From Candidatus Altimarinota bacterium (GTDB lineage: Bacteria; Patescibacteriota; Gracilibacteria; UBA1369), in NCBI GenBank assembly GCA_041659405.1, contig JBAZYK010000002.1, positions 60,001-92,000 of the forward strand: DNA of 32,000 nucleotides, written 5' to 3'. Positions within the stretch are counted from its first letter, which is position 1. Each line of letters begins with the position of its first letter. The notes below the pieces were generated by a model. It searched no databases. It was not told where the DNA came from and saw nothing but the letters and a program-made list of their open reading frames with translations. Both the position numbers and the translations under genes were made by a program. This document shows positions 16,563 to 28,300 of this stretch, piece after piece.

Positions 16563-18179
16563 TTATTGTACAGAAGCGGCTGAAATATAACCGTCAACCC
16601 GCGGTTCAAAATGAATGTTTTTGGCATAAGCAAAGACTTTTTCACTTTCAAATAAAGGAACTCCAATTACATCTTCATCGACAATTTTCTTCATCAAATT
16701 CTGTAAATCTTCCAAACGTTTTTTAGGATCAAGCTCTTGTCGACTTTGTTCAATCGCCTTATCAGTGTCGGCGTTGCTGTAATGTGAGCCATTAAACTGC
16801 CCATAAAATCCATATCCATCCGGACTATGAACAATGCTTGAAAGGAAATCATCACTATCACCCAACTCGGAACGCCATCCTAGAAAATACAGTTGAGAAG
16901 TACCTTCAGCAATTTTCTTCTGTAAATCCTGACCGGAAAGCGGATTTAATTTTAGATCAATACCCAAAGCCGCAAATTGCGTTTGAATGTATTGACCCAT
17001 AACATCCAATTCTGCCGGGTAGTCAAAAGTCACAATTAAAGCATCCTCTGAAGTCAAACTAACAGATGCAGTCGTTTGAAAATCTTTTTGAGCCTGGGCC
17101 AGATTATAAGCCGGAGCAGCAACATCAGGATTAAATCCAAAAATACCACTACTGACAAATTGACCTATGGGATGCGCAAAACCATTGGCAAAATCGACGA
17201 AAACTTTAGCTTCCAATGATTGTGGAATAGATTTACGCACTTCCACATTTTGCCACAAAGGATCATCAACATTAAACATTAAAAAGTTAACTTCCAAACT
17301 TGGAATTGAAACAGTTTCAAAACCTTTTGTGGCCAAATCCTTAACCGTTGCCGGCGGAACATCAGCCAATATTTGCACTTTGCCCTGTTCCAAAGCCTGT
17401 TGTCTTTCATCTTTATCCAAAATTGTCTTCAAATTAACACTCTGGAAATAAGGCTTGTCTCCCCAGTAATCATTAAATCTCTCCATGATCATAGCCCCGG
17501 AATCAGCAGACACAAAGCTATAAGGCCCTGTCCCAAGCGGCTTAGCAAAATCAGTAAAGTCTTTAGGATAAACAAAAGCCACCGCCAATTTATTCAAAAG
17601 CAAAGGATCCGGCTGGCTTGTGACAATTTGAATTCTGGAATCATCAACAGCTTTAATTGCGGTTACATTACTAAAAAAATTCTTAAGCTGCGATTGAGGA
17701 AAATCCTTGGCACGCTCAAGACTAAAAACGACATCAGCAGAATTTAAAATTTTGCCATTATGAAATTTAACATTGGGACGAAGCCTAAACTCCCAGGTAT
17801 TTTCATCAAGCATTCCCCACGAAACCGCCAAAGCCGATTCGATTTTAAGATTTCGATTAGTCCTAACTAACCCCTGATACACGTCCAAAAGACGACTTTG
17901 AGTAACCGGATCAAAATTGACCGGATCCAGACTATTCACAGGTGAAGCGTAAGCAATAGCCAAACTTTCGGCTGAAGAATGCACAACGGGACGGGCAAAA
18001 AAGTTACTAAGCAGAGCCAGACGATCGCCTAAAATATCACCCAAAAAAAGCTGAGTACCAATTCCTCCCAAAACAATCAGGTACAAAAAGACAAAAAACT
18101 TCACAGCAATTTTTCTGAAAATGCCGTTTTTTTTCTGAGGGTTTTCAACTTCCGCTAATTTTGTATTTTCTAAGCTCAC
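16563..18179 (-). CDS. family-5 (Opp/Dpp/Nik-type) solute-binding protein with N-terminal membrane anchor; no cognate ABC permease/ATPase genes nearby
   Basis: 538 aa with a GTG start. The N-terminal TM helix is FFVFLYLIVLGGIGTQLFL. The body has the SBP_bac_5 pattern (LDPVNFD..., GLVRTNRNLKIE..LA.SW, W.F.LR..VKFHNG, GTGPY.F, W.GDKPY). It lies 21 nt upstream of the HAMP-PP2C gene. Confidence 0.75.
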   Translation of the reverse strand: MSLENTKLAEVENPQKKNGIFRKIAVKFFVFLYLIVLGGIGTQLFLGDILGDRLALLSNFFARPVVHSSAESLAIAYASPVNSLDPVNFDPVTQSRLLDVYQGLVRTNRNLKIESALAVSWGMLDENTWEFRLRPNVKFHNGKILNSADVVFSLERAKDFPQSQLKNFFSNVTAIKAVDDSRIQIVTSQPDPLLLNKLAVAFVYPKDFTDFAKPLGTGPYSFVSADSGAMIMERFNDYWGDKPYFQSVNLKTILDKDERQQALEQGKVQILADVPPATVKDLATKGFETVSIPSLEVNFLMFNVDDPLWQNVEVRKSIPQSLEAKVFVDFANGFAHPIGQFVSSGIFGFNPDVAAPAYNLAQAQKDFQTTASVSLTSEDALIVTFDYPAELDVMGQYIQTQFAALGIDLKLNPLSGQDLQKKIAEGTSQLYFLGWRSELGDSDDFLSSIVHSPDGYGFYGQFNGSHYSNADTDKAIEQSRQELDPKKRLEDLQNLMKKIVDEDVIGVPLFESEKVFAYAKNIHFEPRVDGYISAASVQ

Positions 18180-18245
18180 TTTTTCTTTTTATTTTTAAGT
18201 TCGATAAAGATCAAACTTTATCTTTACATTTTAGCAGAAAATAGC

Positions 18246-18282
18246 CGAAAAAGGAAGATAAAACCGTATCACATATCTCCTT
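18246..18282 (-). terminator. probable terminator after lepA
   Basis: Minus-sense aaggagata...tatcttcctt forms a 9-bp stem with one bulge, followed by a T-run. Confidence 0.45.
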
Positions 18283-18342
18283 CTTTGCTAATTAAAAACA
18301 AACTGAGTTGCCACCCTCTCTCATTTTCCCCCAAATCTTGAT

Positions 18343-20157
18343 CTATTTCTTTAAAATCGCCAAGAAAGCCTCCTGTGGCAAATCAACCCTTCCGACCTTC
18401 TTCATGCGCTTTTTGCCCTCTTTTTGCTTCTTTAAAAGTTTGTCCTTACGCGTTCTATCACCACCATACAGCTTGGCCGTAACATCCTTTCGCAAAGCAC
18501 TAATGCTTTCACGGGCGACTACTTTACTGCCAATCGCAGCCTGAATCGCAATCTCAAACTGGGCTCTTGGGATAAGTTCCTTCAGTTTTTTGGTCAGAGC
18601 AATGCCAATATGAAAAGCATCATCCCTGTGCACAATATTGGAAAGCGCATCAACCCGCTCAGTAGCAATCAAAATATCCAATTTAACCAAGTTCCCGGCA
18701 CGATACTCCAAATACTCATAATTCATGGAAGCATAGCCGGAACTTATGCTCTTTAAACTGTCATAAAAATCAATCACAATCGATGCCAAAGGAATCTCAA
18801 AAACAATCATCACCCTGGTTGGATCTATATATTGCAAACTCTTTTGAAGTCCCCTTTTTTCCTGAGCCAATTGCATAATTGCCCCCACATAATCTTTAGG
18901 AGTCACAATCTCAACCTTCACCCATGGCTCTTTAACGGCCACAATCGTTGCAGGATCAGGATAATCGCTTGGATTTGCCACAAAAATTTCTTCGCCTTTT
19001 TGATTAATCACAACATAAGAAACCGAAGGTGCCGTTACAATCAAATCCAAATTATATTCCCGCTCCAATCTTTCCTGAACAATTTCCAAATGAAGTAATC
19101 CCAAAAATCCGCATCTAAAACCATGACCTAAGGCTCCGGATTGTTCAGGCTCAAAAGTTAAAGCCGAATCGCTTAATTGCAGCTTCTGTAAGGCATCTCT
19201 AAGCAATGGATAATCATCTCCTTCCACACTGAAAACACTGGCAAAAACAAAAGGTTTCACCACTTTATAACCTTCCAGTGGAACCGCCTCATATCTTTCC
19301 AACCGCTTCGTCCCAGGCTTCCAAATCGTGTCCCCCACACGCGCATCAGCCACATTTTTTAAGCCTGAAACAACATAACCAACTTCCCCCGCGACTAAAA
19401 TGTCCGCCGCCAAATATTTCGGCTTAAAATAACCAACTTCAAGCACTTCCAATTCCGTTTTATTATGAAGCATGTAAATTTTATCACCACGCTTTAACTC
19501 TCCCGACATCAAACGCACATAAGAAACAACCCCTCTATAAGAATCATAAACCGAATCAAAAATCAGCGCCTTGGTTTCATCCCCTTCATCAGTCGATTTT
19601 GGCGCAGGAACACGCTGAATAACAGCCTCCAGGACTCTTTCCACATTAGTGCCCTCCTTAGCTGAAATCGAGATTATTTCTTCTTTTGCGATACCCAAAG
19701 TATTTTCAATTTCGAGTGCAACTTTATCAACATCGGCAGAAGGAAGATCAATCTTATTCAAAACCGGAACGATCGTCAGGTTATGTTCCAAAGCCATATA
19801 ACAGTTTGCCAATGTTTGAGCCTCGATTCCCTGGGTAGCATCAACCACTAAAATTGCCCCTTCACATGCGGCTAAACTGCGAGAAACCTCGTAAGTAAAA
19901 TCCACATGCCCCGGGGTATCAATCAAATTTAAAACATACTTTTCTCCCTGATAGACCCAATCCATTCTAACCGGCTGCAGTTTGATGGTAATTCCCCTTT
20001 CCTGCTCCAGGTCCATTGTGTCCAACATTTGCCCATGTTTCATGTCACGCTTGGAAATAGTTTCCGTAACCTCCAAAAAACGATCGGCCAAAGTCGACTT
20101 TCCGTGATCTATATGCGCAATAATGCAAAAATTCCTGATTTTAGAACTGTCTCTCAT
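18343..20157 (-). CDS. lepA: translation elongation factor 4
   Basis: From the internal Met, the protein starts [26 protein letters not shown] (G1), then DTPGHVDF (G3) and NKID (G4), and has the LepA C-terminal domain. This gives 604 aa, the typical LepA length. The 50-codon upstream extension in the ORF track is Cys-rich, is not LepA-like, and would run over the divergent promoter. Confidence 0.92.
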   Translation of the reverse strand: MRDSSKIRNFCIIAHIDHGKSTLADRFLEVTETISKRDMKHGQMLDTMDLEQERGITIKLQPVRMDWVYQGEKYVLNLIDTPGHVDFTYEVSRSLAACEGAILVVDATQGIEAQTLANCYMALEHNLTIVPVLNKIDLPSADVDKVALEIENTLGIAKEEIISISAKEGTNVERVLEAVIQRVPAPKSTDEGDETKALIFDSVYDSYRGVVSYVRLMSGELKRGDKIYMLHNKTELEVLEVGYFKPKYLAADILVAGEVGYVVSGLKNVADARVGDTIWKPGTKRLERYEAVPLEGYKVVKPFVFASVFSVEGDDYPLLRDALQKLQLSDSALTFEPEQSGALGHGFRCGFLGLLHLEIVQERLEREYNLDLIVTAPSVSYVVINQKGEEIFVANPSDYPDPATIVAVKEPWVKVEIVTPKDYVGAIMQLAQEKRGLQKSLQYIDPTRVMIVFEIPLASIVIDFYDSLKSISSGYASMNYEYLEYRAGNLVKLDILIATERVDALSNIVHRDDAFHIGIALTKKLKELIPRAQFEIAIQAAIGSKVVARESISALRKDVTAKLYGGDRTRKDKLLKKQKEGKKRMKKVGRVDLPQEAFLAILKK

Positions 20158-20211
20158 GATTTTATTAAAATTAGTCCATATAACCAAAATCGCAGAAGAT
20201 ACTATCAAACA

Positions 20212-20240
20212 TTGAAGAATTGAGCAATTCTTGCTATAAT
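20212..20240 (+). promoter_or_regulatory. near-consensus sigma70-type promoter for the PrgI-family gene
   Basis: TTGAAG (20212-20217), a 17-nt spacer, then TATAAT (20235-20240), 24 nt upstream of the ATG at 20264. The spacer contains the small palindrome gaattgagcaattc. Confidence 0.5.
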
Positions 20241-20263
20241 AAGAAGAAATTTTAAAGAAGTTT

Positions 20264-20716
20264 ATGCAATTCAAAGTCCCACAAAACGTACAACGCGAAG
20301 ATCGCATCGTAGGACCATTAACACTCCGTCAGCTAATAATTTGTGGCATCGGTGGTGGAATCGCCTATGCTATTTATGTTTCTTTGGGCAAAGATTACAT
20401 TTGGATTACCTGGCTTCCACCGGTTGCAATCATCCTGGCAATAACCGCTCTTTTCGCCTTTATCAAGCCACTTGACCTAACTTTTGGAAAATTTATTCTA
20501 ACCTATCTCGAATTTCTATTACTCCCTCAAAAAAGAATTTGGATTCAGGCCAGCTCAGAAGTTTTAACAGCAGGATATCATCCAAAAACAAAATCCAGCG
20601 CTGAACAAAAAGCCGAAGAAAAAGCTCAATTAGTTGAAAATAAAGCCAAAAAAATCATGGAACTAAGCAGAATTCTGGACACCAAAAGCTCCGACGAAAA
20701 AATTGGCAGAGACTAA
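20264..20716 (+). CDS. PrgI family (VirB3-like) small membrane protein
   Basis: 150 aa. The N-terminus [39 protein letters not shown] matches the PrgI-family pattern (VP..i..edki.g.lt.rQl followed by two TM helices). Confidence 0.7.
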   Translation: MQFKVPQNVQREDRIVGPLTLRQLIICGIGGGIAYAIYVSLGKDYIWITWLPPVAIILAITALFAFIKPLDLTFGKFILTYLEFLLLPQKRIWIQASSEVLTAGYHPKTKSSAEQKAEEKAQLVENKAKKIMELSRILDTKSSDEKIGRD

Positions 20717-20748
20717 TTTTAAATACTACAACTCCTAATTACACAAAA

Positions 20749-21570
20749 ATGAACGATCAAAGCGTAAAACAAAGCCAATCCAAGAAAAATCCCAGTTCCA
20801 GTACTCAAATATATTTGAGAATTTCCGAAATCAGGGATAACACACTCGTGCTTAAAAACGGAGGCCTTCGTTCAGTTTTAAGAGTTTCCAGTATCAACTT
20901 CAACCTAAAATCGGAAGAAGAACAAAACGCGATTATCTATTCTTATCAATCATTTCTAAACACGCTTGAATTTCCTATTCAGATCGTAATCAGGTCAAAA
21001 AAACTCGATATTGATGAATATTTGGACAAACTCAAAAAAATCGGTGAAAAACAAACCAATCCGCTACTTCAAACTCAAACTTACGAATATATCGAATATA
21101 TCGCCAAGTTAGTGGAATATGCCGATATCATGGAAAAAGACTTTTTGGTTGTTGTTCCTGTAGATCCTTTCCGAGCACAAAAACCAAATATAGTACAAAA
21201 ATTCCTCCAAAACCTAAATGCCAAGGACTCATATGACTCGGTCAAACGTCGCCACCTGGAATTTGAAGAATTACGCAAAACACTCACTCAACGCTCCAGT
21301 TCAGTTAAAATTGGTTTGGAAAATTGTGGATTAAAAGCCGATGAGCTAACAACAAAAGAGCTTATCGAACTTTTCTACAACATCTACAATCCTTCAGTTG
21401 CCCGTTTTGAAAAAGTAAAAAATCCGGGCGAAACAACTATTCAATCCGACGAAGAAAAATCGACAGAATTTGTCGAAGTAAGCGAAGAAGCTAAGGAAAC
21501 ACCAAAGGAACTTCCAAAAGAAACGACAGAACAAGGAACTATTAAAAACCATTTAATTCGAGCAGAATGA
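20749..21570 (+). CDS. VirB4/PrgJ-type N-terminal domain protein, lacking any ATPase domain (truncated or split)
   Basis: 273 aa. ISEIRDNTLVLKNGGLRSVLRVSSINFNLKSEEEQNAIIYSYQSFLNTLEFPIQIVIRS resembles, from memory, the N-terminal region of Gram-positive-type VirB4 conjugation ATPases. It sits where prgJ/virB4 follows prgI. No Walker A motif is present. It ends in an acidic low-complexity tail. Confidence 0.5.
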   Translation: MNDQSVKQSQSKKNPSSSTQIYLRISEIRDNTLVLKNGGLRSVLRVSSINFNLKSEEEQNAIIYSYQSFLNTLEFPIQIVIRSKKLDIDEYLDKLKKIGEKQTNPLLQTQTYEYIEYIAKLVEYADIMEKDFLVVVPVDPFRAQKPNIVQKFLQNLNAKDSYDSVKRRHLEFEELRKTLTQRSSSVKIGLENCGLKADELTTKELIELFYNIYNPSVARFEKVKNPGETTIQSDEEKSTEFVEVSEEAKETPKELPKETTEQGTIKNHLIRAE

Positions 21571-21771
21571 GTAATTAAAAACTCATTAATGCAAGCGATA
21601 CAAGGAAACAAAAAAAATTACAACCGAGCTAATCGATTTAAGTAATTAAAAACTCATTTGAACAAGCAGTACTAGGAAGCAAATGAATTCCGACCGAGCA
21701 GTATTTTTATACTGAGAGGAAGGAATTTCATGTAGCTGACGACGTAATGCGCCGTTCAAATGAGTTTTTAA
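21541..21771. repeat. cluster of a ~25-nt motif (3 direct + 1 inverted copy) including a degenerate 72-nt tandem duplication and a perfect 18-bp long-range inverted repeat
   Basis: Motif attaaaaac[ct]cattt... occurs at 21541-21565, 21574-21597 and 21645-21669. Tandem units are 21571-21642 and 21643-~21714. ttaaaaactcatttgaac (21646-21663) is perfectly complementary to gttcaaatgagtttttaa (21754-21771). Confidence 0.8.
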
Positions 21772-21780
21772 AAAGCACTG

Positions 21781-21897
21781 TCTTGGCAGCGCCCTACTTT
21801 CCCCTTACTGATAGTATGAGTATCATCGGCGAAGAGTGGCTTAACTTCTGTGTTCGGGATGGGAACAGGTGTACCCCACTCTCTAGAGCTACCAAGA
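21781..21897 (-). rRNA. rrf: 5S ribosomal RNA
   Basis: The reverse complement contains CCTGTTCCCATCCCGAACACAGAAGTTAAGCC...GCCGATGATACT...AGTAGGGCGCTGCCAAG. The helix I arms are cttggtag/ctgccaag. Flanking complementary extensions reach 21775 and 21903. Confidence 0.88.
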
Positions 21898-22127
21898 CAG
21901 TGCCTTCTAAAATATAAATTTTAAAGTAACACCGTCTTTTAAATTGGGCCTGAAAACATTTAATTCTGTTGTTTCGTTTCTTCTTATATCCAGATTTCGC
22001 TGGACGTTTGCCTGAATCTTCACTCAGCGCTAGTTAAAAGAAGCCATCGTGTGCCAGTACTCAATCCCGCCAAGGCGGGACTAAGTACTGACACAATGTA
22101 CTTTTTACGGCCGTGCCGTAAAGATAA

Positions 22128-25200
<3,073 letters not shown>

Positions 25201-25306
25201 TTTACCCTTTTAACTAGCTGTGAGCAAAGACTCAAAGCTAATTAAGATCGAAACTAACATTTATTATTATATTTAATTTACAGAATTTTAATGTTCTACT
25301 GCCCAA

Positions 25307-25319
25307 TTGTTAAAGATCA
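25307..25319 (-). promoter_or_regulatory. boxA-like antitermination element upstream of 23S
   Basis: Minus-sense TGATCTTTAACAA versus E. coli rrn boxA TGCTCTTTAACAA (12/13, consensus recalled from memory). Confidence 0.5.
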
Positions 25320-25358
25320 CTATCTGGACCGGGAATAATTCCCAATCCTTTCCTTCAT

Positions 25359-25387
25359 AAAAAAAGGAGTGTGCCTACGCACACCCC
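25359..25387 (-). terminator. Rho-independent terminator-like hairpin between the 81-aa gene and 23S
   Basis: Minus-sense ggggtgtgc-gtag-gcacactcc forms a 9-bp stem with one mismatch, followed by TTTTTTTAT. Confidence 0.55.
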
Positions 25388-25544
25388 TCAACCTAAAGTA
25401 AGCCGTCTTTCGCTTACCTCTTTAAGTTAAGGGGTATGTGTATGAATTGTTGCATTCAGGGGATACTTTTTAACTGCTTTTCAAAAATAAAGCCATTTGA
25501 TTATAGGCAACGAGTTACCCAAAGTCAAGGATTTATTTGCGAAT

Positions 25545-25790
25545 TTATGAAATACCAAAGAATGGGCCAAGCAAGCCATGAAAAAGGTCCTGGAATGTTC
25601 CCAAAGCGAACATTAATGACAAAAAAGAAATGACAATTCCCAGTATAATAAAAAAAGTATAAGTCCCGCCTGAACCAAGATATTGTTCCGCAAACGCAAT
25701 GTTTCCGAAAAACTGCTTAATCTGATAACGATAAATCATTAACAAAAAGCCACCTGGAATACCTATAATAGCAACTAAGAATCTAGACAT
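25545..25790 (-). CDS. small two-TM membrane protein (hypothetical)
   Basis: 81 aa with two clear hydrophobic helices (FLVAIIGIPGGFLLMIY and TYTFFIILGIVISFLSLMFALG). It is followed by the terminator-like hairpin. No family was recognised. Confidence 0.5.
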   Translation of the reverse strand: MSRFLVAIIGIPGGFLLMIYRYQIKQFFGNIAFAEQYLGSGGTYTFFIILGIVISFLSLMFALGTFQDLFHGLLGPFFGIS

Positions 25791-26197
25791 GTTTATTATT
25801 TAGATCACCCAATGATAGCATTTTTTCAAGATAAATTCAACATTGATAAGGTGATTTTTCTTTACTGTAAGCTAACATAGACCACCCTGTCCGACTTTCA
25901 ATTAAGGCATTCTCTGTAAATTTAAACTTCTAACGGTCAGTTCCAATTCTTTGATATTGGGATTTCTTGAAAATTCCTGGGATTTTTCATATGAATCCAA
26001 GAACTTTATCAAATTTTTTAATACCTGGTAAGAACGTGAAGTGGTTTTCATTTGGAATTTGTTAAGATTTAAGTTCGTTCTGAGTATAGGTGAGTATACA
26101 CTCACCTGTCAAACTAATTTTTTATAATTTGGCAAAAAAGCAAAAGAAAGCCATAATCTTTACAATTACGGATTAAGAATTATTAATTATAAATTTT

Positions 26198-27334
26198 TTG
26201 TTAAAAGCTAAAGCTGACAAACCCGAAGACCTTTCCCTATATATACACATTCCGTTTTGCAAAACGATCTGTCTTTACTGCAATTTTTTGACGTTTGCCC
26301 ACAAAAACAAATGGATCCCGGATTACGTTGAAGCGGTTTGCAAAGAAATCGCATCATCTTCAAAAAAACATAATCAGCGCATAATTAAAAGCATTTACTT
26401 TGGCGGAGGAACGCCCAGTTTAATCGAAAGCAAGTACATCCACAAAATTCTTCAAACCATCTCAAAACATTTTAAACTTCAACCAAGCCTGGAAATCAGT
26501 ATTGAATGTAATCCGGAAAGCGTGAATGTGGATAAGTTGAAAGATTACGTCAAAATGGGCATCAACCGGTTTTCTTTGGGAATTCAAAGTTTTAACCAGG
26601 AAACCTTACGTAGAATTGCCCGCCCCCATAATCGCGAAACAATTTTCAAGGCACTCGAAGCCATTAAAGAAGCAAAAATCAAAAACTTTGGAGCAGACTT
26701 TATAATGGGACTACCCGATCAAACTCTTACTTCATTTAAAAAAGAGGTTTCAACTATCCTCAAATATAAGCCCACTCACCTCTCTTACTATTTTTTGTCG
26801 TATGATACCAAAAAAATCGACCTGTTTATCAAAGACTGCCCAAACGATGAAGAGCAAATCAAATACTATGAATACCTGACTCGCACACTCAAAAGAAAAG
26901 GATTCAAACATTATGAAGTCTCCAATTATGCCTTGCCCGGATTTGAGTGTCTTCATAACCAAAGATATTGGCAACAAAAGGATTACCTTGGCCTTGGCTT
27001 GGGCGCACACTCTATTGTGGATGGACAAATGTGGGAAAATCAAAAAAACTTTGAAGCTTATTTGCAAAATCCCGCCAAAATTGAAAATGAAATGGAGATT
27101 GATTCCGATCTTAAGCGCATGGAATACATTATGTTAAGCCTGCGAACAATTGAAGGTCTTGATCTTGCACACTATGAACAAGAATTTGGCCACAAACAAG
27201 ATAACGTGCAAAAACTTCTGCTCAACGCCGATGAATACATCAAATCAAAACACTTAAAAAAAGATCATAACAGCTTAAAAGCCACCGAAAAAGGTTTTTT
27301 GATTCTGGAGAAGATTACCCACGATTTAATTTAG
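26198..27334 (+). CDS. hemW: radical SAM HemW/HemN-like protein (heme chaperone / coproporphyrinogen-III oxidase-like)
   Basis: 378 aa with a TTG start. It has the radical-SAM cluster motif YIHIPFCKTICLYCNF, then GGGTPS and NRFSLGIQSF, with a HemN_C-like C-terminus. It is on the strand opposite to the rRNA genes. Confidence 0.8.
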   Translation: MLKAKADKPEDLSLYIHIPFCKTICLYCNFLTFAHKNKWIPDYVEAVCKEIASSSKKHNQRIIKSIYFGGGTPSLIESKYIHKILQTISKHFKLQPSLEISIECNPESVNVDKLKDYVKMGINRFSLGIQSFNQETLRRIARPHNRETIFKALEAIKEAKIKNFGADFIMGLPDQTLTSFKKEVSTILKYKPTHLSYYFLSYDTKKIDLFIKDCPNDEEQIKYYEYLTRTLKRKGFKHYEVSNYALPGFECLHNQRYWQQKDYLGLGLGAHSIVDGQMWENQKNFEAYLQNPAKIENEMEIDSDLKRMEYIMLSLRTIEGLDLAHYEQEFGHKQDNVQKLLLNADEYIKSKHLKKDHNSLKATEKGFLILEKITHDLI

Positions 27335-28171
27335 ACGTTTATTTAAACGCTCCGATTTCTCTTTCAAAAATTTAACCATTTCCAAAGCCACATCCTGTTT
27401 TAGTACTTGATGAGCCCGCACAAAGTTGCATGGAAAATTGACCTCTGCCACATAGAACTTTCCATCACTTTCTAAAACATCAACTCCACCAAACTCCAAA
27501 TCCAAAAGATGCGTAGCCTTTATAGCCAACTCTTCCATCTTTTTAGGATATTTTTTGGCCTTAATGCGCGGAGATGTGGATTCATTGGTACGAAAATCCT
27601 TATTAATTTTAAGATATTCCAGGCTCGCGATAACTTTATCCCCCAAAACAATGAACCTGGCTGAAGCTTTTGTAGGGATAAACTGCCTCAAAACAAGCAA
27701 CTTATTCTGAAATAAAAGAAAATCGACAATTCCATATAAAGAGGAAAACGACCCCACTTTCATCACGCCCATTCCCCTGCTTCCACCCAAAGCTTTAATC
27801 ACAATCGGAAAACCTCCCAAAGCCTTTACATATTTTTGAAGTTTAGCGCGATCTTTAGTCACGCAAAAAATAGTCTTTGGAGAAAGATCGTTATCTTTAA
27901 GCAAAATAAAAGGATCCTTAAATCGAAGCAAAGGATCTTGATTAAAGGTTACCACTCCGGGCTGAAGTATATAACTCTCAAAAGTCTGCAAAATTTTGCC
28001 TCTGCTAACACGATAAACCAAATCCCCTTTCTTTACAGGCGACGGTTTGGAAAAATCAAAACTCAAAGGATCAAGAGCCTTAAAGGCTACCTTTAATTTT
28101 TGACAAGCCTTCTCCAGCAACCGAACACGGTCCGGATCAACGCCTGGCAAATGAAGAACATAAAAAACCAT
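27326..28171 (-). CDS. ATP-grasp fold ligase (RimK-related)
   Basis: 281 aa. GGFPIVIKALGGSRGMGVMKV (glycine-rich ATP loop) and FGGVDVLESDGKFYVAEVNFPCNF (the ATP-grasp C-terminal E-x-N motif). Its 3' end overlaps hemW convergently by 9 nt. Confidence 0.6.
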   Translation of the reverse strand: MVFYVLHLPGVDPDRVRLLEKACQKLKVAFKALDPLSFDFSKPSPVKKGDLVYRVSRGKILQTFESYILQPGVVTFNQDPLLRFKDPFILLKDNDLSPKTIFCVTKDRAKLQKYVKALGGFPIVIKALGGSRGMGVMKVGSFSSLYGIVDFLLFQNKLLVLRQFIPTKASARFIVLGDKVIASLEYLKINKDFRTNESTSPRIKAKKYPKKMEELAIKATHLLDLEFGGVDVLESDGKFYVAEVNFPCNFVRAHQVLKQDVALEMVKFLKEKSERLNKRLN

Positions 28172-28185
28172 CTGGATTGAATAAA

Positions 28186-28262
28186 TGGTGGGCGGGAGAG
28201 GACTTGAACCTCTGACCTCGTCATTATCAGTGACGCGCTCTAACCAACTGAGCTACTCGCCC
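28186..28262 (-). tRNA. tRNA-Ile (anticodon GAT), CCA encoded
   Basis: The reverse complement is GGGCGAGTAGCTCAGTTGGTTAGAGCGCGTCACTGATAATGACGAGGTCAGAGGTTCAAGTCCTCTCCCGCCCACCA, with anticodon loop CTGATAA. Confidence 0.93.
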
Positions 28263-28300
28263 AAAAGATGTGAGAAAATCGTTTCCGGTACATTAAACCT

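Noticed and set aside
20158-20307. 50-codon N-terminal extension of lepA in the ORF track
   Set aside because: The extension ([14 protein letters not shown]...) is not LepA-like, and it overlaps the divergent prgI promoter and the start of prgI. The Met just before the G1 motif gives the canonical ~600-aa LepA.
21571-21714. The tandem 72-nt units as a possible CRISPR array or minisatellite
   Set aside because: There are only two degenerate units, with no short conserved repeat/unique spacer organisation and no cas genes. They are treated as a local duplication.
25902-26105. 67-aa minus-strand ORF (GTG start; internal Met gives 49 aa, MKTTSRSYQVLKNLIKFLDSYEKSQEF...) between the 81-aa gene and hemW
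   Set aside because: It has no recognisable family, its start is buried in an 8-bp hairpin (aggtgagt-atac-actcacct), and it is short and lies in an A/T-rich spacer. It cannot be excluded as a real small protein, but the support is insufficient to call it.
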